39,868 nt of DNA from the NCBI RefSeq assembly GCF_001949145.1, contig NW_019091361.1:2362919-2402786 (forward strand). The letters run 5' to 3'. A program made the translations under genes and the position numbers. Shown here one piece after another: positions 25,301 to 33,800 of this stretch. Each line of letters begins with the position of its first letter. The stretch's first letter is position 1. The notes beneath the pieces are model-generated. The model worked only from the letters and a program-made list of their open reading frames with translations. It was not told the DNA's origin and did not search any database. The stretch comes from Acanthaster planci. Its lineage: Eukaryota.

Positions 25301-25803
25301 TTTACAGAAAAAATAAATGGGGAAAAAAATTCAAATTTCTGCCTTAAATTCACATTTAAAAGTACAAGCACATCACATAAGTAATGCCTGTTATAACAAT
25401 GCTTGTTATGAAACACACGGTGGTTTGGGGAGCAAAACTGACAATCTTACTTCTTTTTCTTCTTTTTCTTCTTCTTTCCTGTGGATGACTGGACCCTTTC
25501 CTTTGCCTCCCTTTCTTCTACCTTCTCCTCAGGCACATCCTCTGCCCCACTGTCTCCTCCTTCTCCTTCCACCTCCTCTTCATCTTCCACATCTTCTTCT
25601 TCCTCCTCGTCATTCTCAGGCTCTTCATCCTGGTATTTGGGTTCGTCTTCCAGCAGCTCGTCATACTCCTCAATCCCTTTGTTATAATTGTCTGTCCTGC
25701 GTGGGGGCCTGAGGTTTGGTTGGGGAGTTTGCTGTACAGAAGTCTGTACGGCTCCTGGGATGGTAGTCTGGCCTTCGGTGCTGTCTGCATGTTTCTCCAC
25801 CAT
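10288..25803 (-). CDS. TTLL6/TTLL13: Tubulin polyglutamylase, TTLL6/TTLL13 clade (multi-exon; apparent 1-nt frameshift in exon 24597-24714)
   Basis: Manual splice model (minus strand): 25803-25451, 25070-25030, 24714-24597, 24156-24026, 23625-23469, 22704-22561, 21861-21776, 21372-21141, 20725-20547, 20000-19812, 19284-19089, 18811-18614, [17971-17339 optional], 16588-16442, 15708-15252, 14702-14393, [12662-12546 optional], 10643-10592, 10329-10288. All introns are GT-AG and phases are consistent except at the frameshift. TTL-domain motifs: [73 protein letters not shown]. The [25 protein letters not shown] helix resembles TTLL13. Confidence 0.93.
10592..10643 (-). CDS. TTLL6/TTLL13: TTLL penultimate exon ([17 protein letters not shown])
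   Basis: ttccag| acceptor, AAG|gtaaac donor; phase 2 to 0 bridges the flanking exons. Confidence 0.7.
12470..12489 (+). repeat. (GCA)6 microsatellite
   Basis: gagcagcagcagcagcagca. Confidence 0.7.
12546..12662 (-). CDS. Candidate cassette exon of TTLL ([21 protein letters not shown]...LKC)
   Basis: GC-rich island in an AT-rich intron; ccacag| acceptor, AG|gtctga donor; 117 nt, symmetric phase 2 to 2, no stops. Confidence 0.5.
14393..14702 (-). CDS. TTLL6/TTLL13: TTLL C-terminal exon ([11 protein letters not shown]...NDGYL)
   Basis: GC-rich ORF; catcag| acceptor, AG|gtaaag donor; phase 1 to 2. Confidence 0.78.
15252..15708 (-). CDS. TTLL6/TTLL13: TTLL C-terminal exon ([15 protein letters not shown]...NQRRDP)
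   Basis: GC-rich open frame; catttag| acceptor, |gtaagt donor; phase 0 to 1 fits the next exon. Confidence 0.78.
16442..16588 (-). CDS. TTLL6/TTLL13: TTLL C-terminal low-complexity exon (HELQDLSG...FTQQ)
   Basis: Strong acceptor ctccttcag|, CAG|gtgatt donor; 147 nt, phase 0 to 0. Confidence 0.6.
17339..17971 (-). CDS. Candidate optional TTLL exon (or alternative last exon ending at the stop at 17285)
   Basis: Long polypyrimidine tract plus AAG acceptor at 17972, in phase 0. The frame is open for more than 200 codons (ORF 17285-17899). A weak GAG|gtatca donor gives 633 nt. Confidence 0.5.
18290..18430. mobile_element. Tc1/mariner (pogo/Tigger-like) MITE
   Basis: TA|CAGTGGACCGTCGCTATAAC ... 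GTTATAGCGAAGTTCCACTG|TA; 18/20 TIR match, TA TSD. Confidence 0.8.
18614..18811 (-). CDS. TTLL6/TTLL13: TTLL coding exon 12 ([38 protein letters not shown])
   Basis: TTLL13-like helix; ctgcag| acceptor and |gtaagt donor. Confidence 0.9.
19089..19284 (-). CDS. TTLL6/TTLL13: TTLL coding exon 11 ([12 protein letters not shown]...[10 protein letters not shown])
   Basis: Phase 2 to 0 fits both neighbours; EELRLKQE is conserved; AAG acceptor, |gtaaaa donor. Confidence 0.88.
19812..20000 (-). CDS. TTLL6/TTLL13: TTLL coding exon 10 ([14 protein letters not shown]...[16 protein letters not shown])
   Basis: Conserved GGFxxIYP and LFQxTxAS motifs of the cMTBD region; 189 nt; GT-AG. Confidence 0.93.
20547..20725 (-). 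CDS. TTLL6/TTLL13: TTLL coding exon 9 ([18 protein letters not shown]...[11 protein letters not shown])
   Basis: Continues the catalytic E-x-N motif; ccag| acceptor and |gtaagc donor. Confidence 0.95.
21141..21372 (-). CDS. TTLL6/TTLL13: TTLL coding exon 8 (RLSTLQRW...[21 protein letters not shown])
   Basis: FExLGFD and WLLE motifs; GT-AG. Confidence 0.95.
21776..21861 (-). CDS. TTLL6/TTLL13: TTLL coding exon 7 ([19 protein letters not shown]...GSK)
   Basis: HLTNY motif; cag| acceptor and |gtgagc donor. Confidence 0.95.
21970..22148. mobile_element. Degenerate Tc1/mariner-type MITE
   Basis: TA|CAGTCAAACTC ... GTGTTCGATTG|TA; imperfect TIRs. Confidence 0.45.
22561..22704 (-). CDS. TTLL6/TTLL13: TTLL coding exon 6 ([24 protein letters not shown]...GLARFAT)
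   Basis: Conserved DLR and GLARF motifs; GT-AG; 144 nt. Confidence 0.95.
23469..23625 (-). CDS. TTLL6/TTLL13: TTLL coding exon 5 ([29 protein letters not shown]...CQQYLTK)
   Basis: ATP-grasp KPxxGxQGxGI loop; GT-AG; 157 nt. Confidence 0.95.
24026..24156 (-). CDS. TTLL6/TTLL13: TTLL coding exon 4 ([15 protein letters not shown]...FPRTWVLPA)
   Basis: cag| acceptor, |gtatgt donor; hallmark NHFPG motif. Confidence 0.95.
24597..24714 (-). CDS. TTLL6/TTLL13: TTLL coding exon 3 (KRMARKFG...[22 protein letters not shown]), 118 nt, frameshifted
   Basis: Conserved sequence lies in two different frames on either side of 24656-24657. Phase 1 to 0 requires 119 nt. Confidence 0.9.
25030..25070 (-). CDS. 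TTLL6/TTLL13: TTLL coding exon 2 ([13 protein letters not shown])
   Basis: tatag| acceptor, |gtaagt donor; matches the TTLL6/13 INLxxCKYES motif. Confidence 0.9.
25451..25803 (-). CDS. TTLL6/TTLL13: TTLL coding exon 1: acidic tract followed by poly-Lys
   Basis: First in-frame ATG (actATGG) after an in-frame TAA at 25873-25875. Reads MVEKHADS...[21 protein letters not shown]...GKKKKKKKK. Donor AA|gtaag; the exon acceptor gtccag| is at 25901. Confidence 0.8.
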
Positions 25804-25853
25804 AGTGCTGGCGCACGGGTTTGTGCAATGAGAGCAGACTACACGTAGGTTCA

Positions 25854-25889
25854 CTAGAAGGGAAAGTTGGGATTAAGGTCTGTATCCAT
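25854..25889 (-). promoter_or_regulatory. Upstream ORF in the TTLL 5'UTR (MDTDLNPNFPF*)
   Basis: agaATGG 12 nt into the exon; 11 codons then TAG TGA; ends 50 nt before the main ATG. Confidence 0.55.
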
Positions 25890-28800
25890 TCTGACTGGAG
25901 CCTGGACAAGTATACATGAAGGAAAAATATACAGAATTACAACAGTTGTCTAAAGGGGAAAACTGAAGCACTGTGTGTCCATAAACCTTCGCTTTAGTGC
26001 ACACACAATGTAACTATATTACTAAAATAATGAGAAACCACCTCAACATTTGTCACACATGTACATGTATTCATATGTTACTGGCCACTGAAATTTCATA
26101 ATGCTCAAAGCCAATTAAGGTAACGCTTACAATGTTCCTCACCAACTCGGGTAATATCAGTGTGACTATTGATTCCTCCAAATGCTAGTCAACGTTTTGT
26201 AATGGAATTACTTCTTGATGTACATGTACACATAAGCCAGTAAGATCAAAGATGTCAAGGCCCACACAACTTTTTTTTAGTACTTAGCTACCTTCACATT
26301 CCTAAATAAAACTCAAACTTATTTACATTCATACATAAAGAAACCGATTTCTTCAACAGCTTCTACGAAAAATCCAATGATTCATCAGATCTACATTGCA
26401 AAAATCTGATCTTCACCTCACATGTAAATAGTCATAACCTTTTCTTGATTTTCTCAACCTTTTCCTTGTTCCCTCAACATGTCTCATGTTTGAAAGACAA
26501 AAATCTGTCTTCATCCATGGAGTTCAAGGCTAAGAAACAGAAACATACATTTACTACAATTCCTGGTGAGTGTGTGCAGAGGGCGTTGAGAGTCAGGTTA
26601 CTTTCATGTACACGTACCCTAAAGGTACATGCATAAATTACTTTCAATGGTAACTCAACCACACAAAGAAAGGTTTAATTTCAGTGAAGTTGATCATGGG
26701 GTCACGACACGGTATTACATGTCTTTTCTTATTTTACTGTTCAGGAGAAATTCTACTTTTTCTCTCCTAAATTCAACAGAACGCTGACAGCCATGTATAT
26801 CATGTGAATTCTTTGAGAATGGGATGAAAACACTACTTGGTTAGAATAAGAGCATTCATTCAATTGTTTACGGCTCTGCTTGAGCACAAACAACTTTGCA
26901 CTGTGTGATCGAGGTCAAACTCCATGCATGGTGCGAAATAAACTACATATTACATGCACACACATACATGTACATCTTCATTCCAAAAGATGCACATTAT
27001 GAAATAAGACATGGCGTTCTCTCAGTAAACCAGAGAACGTGACCATCTGCACTTACATGTATAAGCATGTTTATGGAATAGCACTCTGGCCAAATAACAC
27101 AATATGATTAATGGCACCAACTCAAAAATTTTTTGGCCTTTTTTCACGAAAAGAAGATCAGTACCTAACGTTATGCCTACTCGTTGCAAGGTAAATGATC
27201 ACACTTCCGAGTTTTAGCACAAACAATGAATATTTATAGAGTGTTTACAAAAAAATAGGATTTTTGTACTTCATTTTAATTTTCATGACAACAACCATTC
27301 TTTTCAAAGGTACCAACAATCATTTAAGTTTCCACTGCTCAAAAACAAAAATATGAGAGTCATGTTGGACACAGGAATGGAACATTTCTGAAGTACTTTA
27401 TACAATTTAAGTTTGAGACATGATTTCACAAGAATTCACAAACAAGGCTACTTTGTGTGAGTTGCAGGCAACTGCTTAGTATTTAGTCGCAGCCATACAA
27501 ACACGCTTGATAGCTCAGTACCATCTACTGTAGGATGTGGAGTGGTTCAGTATGGTTGACACTTTTTGCCTTTTTTCATCTCATTTTGCCTGTCAAACAT
27601 TTCTTTCTTACATAGCCAGCACTGAACTGATATTGTATAAATGTATTTAACTTCCATTAGCAATTAAGACATGCAGCACTGGCCCCCATGCCATCAGCAC
27701 AAGACCACAGGTTCAAATCCATGCTTAGTTCCTATTGTTCCCTACCCCAAAGGGCACAAAATCACCCGATTACTAAACTGAATGCTAAGATTACATAAAC
27801 CTTTTTGAAGTTCGCAGCGCATCATGGGCTTCGATGAAAAACAAGCAATGAATTGTATGCACAACCCTATGAGAGAAGTGTACCTGCAAAACTTTAAGCT
27901 GTTTTTATTTTATTACATGCACGTATTCCGATTCAAGCCATCCTCTTTTTGCACATTGTCATATAACAGATTGAGATAAAGATATCCACAAACTTTGCAT
28001 TTTAAAGCTCCAACCAGAAGCAAAACTTAAGGCATCCTCTCCAAGAACTGCACTTTTTGTCTTGGACTAAGGTTCTGAATATTATGGAGCTACTACTGGT
28101 CAAACAGAATCACGACTTATGGCTCATTAATCCAGCAGTGAGCAATCATGTTCATTTCTGTCTAGATTGACAGGGCTTGGACAGCTAAACCGTTTGCCGA
28201 CTCAAATGGGAACACCTCAACTGTTGAGACAACTTGACAGCTGGGCAACTCAACCATCTGTACCTCAAACAGACAGACAAATTGATCACCGAGACAAGTT
28301 GATTGAGATTGATAATGAGTGCGCTTGCGCTTTGAAGTCACATTGCCCACATCTTTTCTCCAATTTAAAAATGAGGAAGGACTGGGGGACAGATTTACCA
28401 TCTCTCATACTGACAGACAAGCTACTGATCATCAGTGCGTTCAAGGCTCCAGTGCACTGTGCCACCATGCATGCTGCATTAATTGCCATCATGGTCATGC
28501 ACTGTGAGAGCATCTCAGATCGACCAATTAAATGTTGGTTTCAGTGAGGGCACTGTTTATTTGGAAACTCATTTTCTTATATAGGAAATTGTGATTAAAA
28601 TTCATCTTTTTTGCACACTGTAGCTCCTCTATTTAATTTCCAATTTCAAATTTTAATTTTTTGAAATTTGAAATGAAGCCAGCATTTGATTCATTGAAAT
28701 AAGGCACAAATACATGTAAGAACAAAAATTTACAAAAATATGCATTTTGAGGTTTTCAGTTAAACTCCACACTCATTTTTGTCTACAAAAGTCACAGTTT

Positions 28801-29288
28801 GCTCTGCATCACACGTGCAATTATTTCTCAAGACATCCCCCCTTCAAATCGATTTTTCTTTGTGTTGCAAAGTCCAATCAAATCCAAATTTATATCAAAT
28901 TAGTTACGACATCCTCTCCAAGATCACTTCAAAAATAAGTTACACTACAGAAAAAATGTTCAATGAACATTTTATCCTCCCTACATCATTATGTTAAACT
29001 CAAACATGTCATATCCTCACTCTCCATGCACACAACCACCGCAGTGCAAAATAGTTTTTACACTTTTACATGGTGGACTGTACTCTTGTGGAAGAAGAGA
29101 AGACATCTCCCAGTGCCCCACTGCCCCCAACAATTACTAGGCCTAGCATTGGGCCCCACCGTAAGCCGTGGTACTACGGCAGTGCTCGAGCCTTCAATGT
29201 TGACAAAACAAGATAGCCTACACATTAGGCCTTTAAGGGCCAAACTACAGGACTTTTTGAATACTTAATAATGAAGAGTGTACCTCAC

Positions 29289-29450
29289 CTAAGTTGTGAT
29301 AAATTGCATGGCCATTTCAAGACGAAATGATGGTGCTTATAATTAGAAAGGACTATGTTTTAAAGTCCATCTCCACTTGTTCCGCAGATGCTGTTGACAT
29401 CGATCATGTCGATCAAACTCCTCAAAATGGCGGCGAATCGGCGAATCGCA
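29289..29450 (-). other. Putative non-coding first exon of TTLL
   Basis: AG|gtgagg donor at 29289/29288, next to a YY1-like site and the start of CpG-rich sequence. The 5' boundary is a guess. Confidence 0.35.
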
Positions 29451-30716
29451 AGTTGTATAGTAATCCGCAAAACATTAAAATCCCTGGGTAGTTAAGCTTA
29501 TATCAAGTATTTGAAATGAAATTTATTTTTTGCACATTGGAATATTATTGGAATGAATAATGGTGACAAGTTTGATTCCTAGTTCCACATTTCGGTTTTC
29601 GTTTCGCTAGTATTGTCCTATGTTTTAAATCCTGCGGAGCGATCGTCTCTCGTAAAGTTATACGGTCATAACAAATCATGCAACGCGGGGCAACGCAAAA
29701 GCGTGTCATTTTGATTGGTCAGTCGGTTGCTCTGGTGAGGTCCGCTGAAACGTTTGTCGTCTGCTCCAAATTGAAGCTCAGTTACCCAAATGTACACAAA
29801 TTATGGATGATTTTTGTTTTGTTTTTAGAAGCATGTTACCGGGAGATTCTGTTTCTAATAAAGAATACTTTTCTATTAGAAAAGCGGCGGAAAACATTTT
29901 GGTCATATTGCGGCACTAGCTGATAAACTCGGTGTTTTTTTCCCATAATCCTTTTAATCATGTCTTTTTACAAGCTTTTTGAAGAAAGAGAAATTCCCCT
30001 CAATCTTTTTCCTTCTCGGCCGGTAACACTCTCGAAAAATTCAGTTGAGCTTGACTTTTCACTAAGGCAACTAAAACTTAAGGGTCAGAATGTACCTACA
30101 ATATCACAGCAACGAAAATTTATGTTTTCTTACCTCGTTTGTGAAGGTTTCGGGAATGCATAGTTTTCTAATTTAAAGTGGTCACATTTAAAAACATCGG
30201 ACCAAACATTACCTGCTTATCGTTCCAGTGACGTTCTCAAAAGGCCACTACACTGCAGCAGGTTCCTAAAATATTCCTATGACTAAATGCTTCATAATCA
30301 AAGGCGGATCCAGGCGGGCCGATGGGGGAAGGCCCCCTCCTTCCCCCAAAAGAGAGCTAACTTATTATCATCATTTTTCAAAATAATGAGAACAAAGCGA
30401 ATTGTTTTAGCCTGAATCATTTTCCATTAGCACATTTAAATGATTGTTCAGGATTCACTTCGACTTCAATACATAAAAGATGAGTCGGTGATTTTTTTTT
30501 AAATCGATGGGACCATATATTCAGTATTGGCTTAAATCCAACTAGAGGGCCTCTTTTTCGAGATTTACTAGAACAGCATCAATTGCTCCCAAACTATGCT
30601 GCCCGTCCTCTCAACCGCGAATAGTATTTTGTTTGCATAAAACAGTCGTTTGATACTTGATTCTTCGAACATGAAATAGCCACTCCTCAACGTGTACCCA
30701 TCATGCATCATCCAAC
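29400..30716. promoter_or_regulatory. Divergent promoter region between TTLL and COPE
   Basis: CpG-richer than the gene bodies. YY1 consensus CAAAATGGCGGC at 29423-29434; CCAAT box (ATTGG at 29714-29718, reading gaCCAATca on the minus strand); degenerate RFX X-box-like GTTGCTCTGGTGAG at 29726-29739 and GTTACCGGGAGAT at 29835-29847. Confidence 0.55.
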
Positions 30717-30815
30717 ATGGCAGCGCAGAGCGACGTGGACGAGTTGTTCGAGATTCGCAATGCTTTTTACTTGGGAAACTTCCAACATTGCATCAGTGAA
30801 GCACACAAATTGAAG
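30717..30815 (+). CDS. COPE: COPE exon 1
   Basis: aac[37 protein letters not shown]|gtatt. Confidence 0.95.
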
Positions 30816-33800
30816 GTATTAATTTTGGAATTAGAAGGACAGTTGCGACAGTACTTGCTCACTGCCATCAGTGACTAGATGGAGCGGAAAAAAGCTACGA
30901 ACCAACGCCACAAGTCCGACGTCCGCCTAGCCCCACTACTCACTAGTGTGGCACGGATCACTCCCGGTCTATCCTTAGCCACACATCCGAATACGCAATT
31001 TCGTGTCGGCGTATTGAACATTCCGGCGCTCCCACTTATCATCGTGGGCGCAATTTCTTTTGCAAACGAACATGATTCTTGACCTTTCCGCTTTCTAAAA
31101 AATATTTATTGAATGATTTCACTCACATTATTCAGGTATTTTCCAGTCTTTTTGCCTTTATCCATTCAATCTAACGGGCTCGCTCTCTCAGTCGCCATCT
31201 TTAAAATAAGGTCGTTGAGCATTACGTCACTTGACCCCTCATCGTCTCGACGGCTGTTCCATGTCAAGATACCTAAACTGCTGCCAAAGTTTTGGGAGAG
31301 CCCATTGGTACACTCTTAACCACATGTAGTATCCATCTTATCGCTCAGTCCATGTATTACATATGTCTTGACATGGAACAGTTTTTAGAAAGCGGAAAGG
31401 TCAAGAATCATGTTCGTGTGCAAAAGAAATTGCGCCCAGGATGATAAGTGGGTGCGCCGGAATGTTCAATACACTGACACAAAATTGCGTACACGGATGT
31501 GTGGGTAAGGATGGATCGGGAGTGAGAGTCCGTGCCACACTAGTGGGGCTAACGTCCGCCCTGCTCCCACTGCCGTTCGCTGGTTGATAACGTTGCGTGG
31601 GAGCGGACGCCGGACATCGGATCCCAGTTCTGGGAATTGTAAATTTGGGGACTGTTCCTATAATAGGAGGGAGAGGTACATCTGACTGTGTCATCATGCA
31701 CAAAATCTGTAGGCTTAATGTCAAAAAAGGGCAGGGTTTTTAGGGAAATTATGAGTCAATATGAGGGAAAAACTGTGTTATGACACATGCAGCATGGTGG
31801 ACTCGAATTTGCATAGCAAGTTTATCAGTAAAAAAGTCACATTTTCTCACAATTTACAATTTCATTTTCCAAAATATAGGGTCAGTGCAGTAAAGAGAGT
31901 ATTGCCTTTGTTTTTGGGGGAAACTTAACAGTTTTGTAAGATTGAAATGACAAAACATTTGGCAGTAGCAAAAAGTTACGAATCAGAAGCGATTGATGTC
32001 CAGGAATTTGTATATTCACAAAGATCTTCAGGATTAATACTCCCGTGTTAGTAGGAATCTGTGAACTTTCATTGTCAACGAAATCTGTAATTATTGGAAA
32101 AGTTTAGGAAACTTGGAGCACAACCATAAAACAGTGCTGAAATAAAGAATCTGCTCCTGCTGATTTTCTGCTGGATTGTTCTGCCAATCTTTTTCCTATA
32201 TGATCCAAGAAGTTGGTTTTAGCATATATTACTCAAACTAGTATTGGAAATTACCTAGTACAACTGAAGAATGGTAGGCTGATTAGTATAATTATAATTG
32301 GCATGAATTGATAATATTATAAAGATTACAAATTACACTGGATGTTCTGTTTGCTTTTTGGTTTTTAGCCCTCAACATCAGATCTCAAGGTAATGCGAGA
32401 TGTCTTCATGTACAGGGCTTACATTGCTGGGGTAAGAAACTTCCTTACTTTGTTGTCAAAAGTCTTTGGCCATTCAATCTGATCTGATTTTATTGTACTA
32501 ACGGTGCATTTTTATGAACCTTTTTGTGTAGATAAAGCTTAGCTTTGTCCTCGTTTTTTTTGAGTTAACCCCCTCCCCATTCCTTTAAAATCCATGCAGA
32601 GGCTTTTGAAGAGTTTGAAGGGTTTAGAGACAAGCCACGTGTTCTTTTATCGAGGCTTAATTTCTCTTGAAAATTACAGTACCCAAAAAAGTGCCTTGGG
32701 CTCCCTGAAGTGTAGAGGGATTACGATACTCTAGAAGGTTTCATGCAAAACAAGTAGCTATGTGTCCTGTTTCATTGAAAGAAAAATGAAGGTGGATGGG
32801 TACATGTAGGTGGGCAAACTGATTTTCTATTCCAAATTTTCAGGCAAAAAGTATTAACTTGAGATAGTGGCCAGTTTTACTAGGCTCACCTGTAAACATT
32901 TTCAAGTGACAACTGTCAGATTTCAACTGTTTATGTTAAATGGTGGAAGAAGACGTGAATGAAAAGTAGCAGGTTTCACAAAAGATCAAGCCATTTTTTA
33001 AGCTGGATGTTTTAAAAATTAATTATGTACATAAAATGCTTTAATATCCTGGATGTTACCTTACGTTTTTATACATTTTTAACACAAACAATACGTGCGA
33101 TTTAAGGTTGGATCAGGTAATTGGAAACGTACTCATATATTTTTGCTTGGCCTAAAGTACATGTCTGTTCCAACATTCAGAACAGGATCATCTGTGTCAT
33201 GTACTGTGTATTTGTGACATGCACCTGTGCCTGGGGTAGCATACCTGTATTTGTCCCATGGGAGGACAAAAATGTCACATAGAATCCCCTTTGTGACTTC
33301 TTCCTCTGTCTCCAACAGCGTAACTATGGCGTTGTGTTGGATGAGGTGAAATCTTCCTCGGCTCCTGAGCTGCAGGCAGTGAAGATGTTTGCTGACTACA
33401 TGGCCTCGGCAAACAAAAGGTACTATTCAAATTTGAAATCTACTTTATCTATTTCAGAAAAGAGATGGAACAAAGGGAATTGCCTTTGGTTTGGAAACTC
33501 AGAGATTAGAGCAATGCTGTACTTCGAATGTCTAGTTTCTAATGTAAGTTTGAGAAGGCTTCTTTTTTTTCAAAATTCAAGAACATATGTAATGCAAAAC
33601 TGCTACAAACTGCTTGCTGACTATAGTGACCTAAAATGCAAATCACAAAATGTAGAGGGCCTCATGTTTCGATCCTCGCATAATCTTGCTCAAGGCAACA
33701 AGTTTTTCAAAATTCTTCTGGAACTGTTTAGCTTTATTCACTTGATTCAAGAACATGCATGCCCAAGTACAAATTTTTTCTAATGGCTGAAACAGTTATT

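Noticed and set aside
27505..27725. tRNA/SINE-like pieces (TAGCTCAGT, GGTTCAAATCC B-box)
   Set aside because: The boxes are too far apart and there is no cloverleaf; at most a decayed SINE.
30299..30350. CAAAGGCGGATCCAGG MITE-like end (similar fragments at 33811-33890 and 16200-16430)
   Set aside because: No matching second terminus or TSD found; too degraded to call.
30879..31724. Two similar ORFs on opposite strands (…VLNIPA…GAISFA…HDS)
   Set aside because: They are simply the two arms of the inverted repeat; no transposase motifs.
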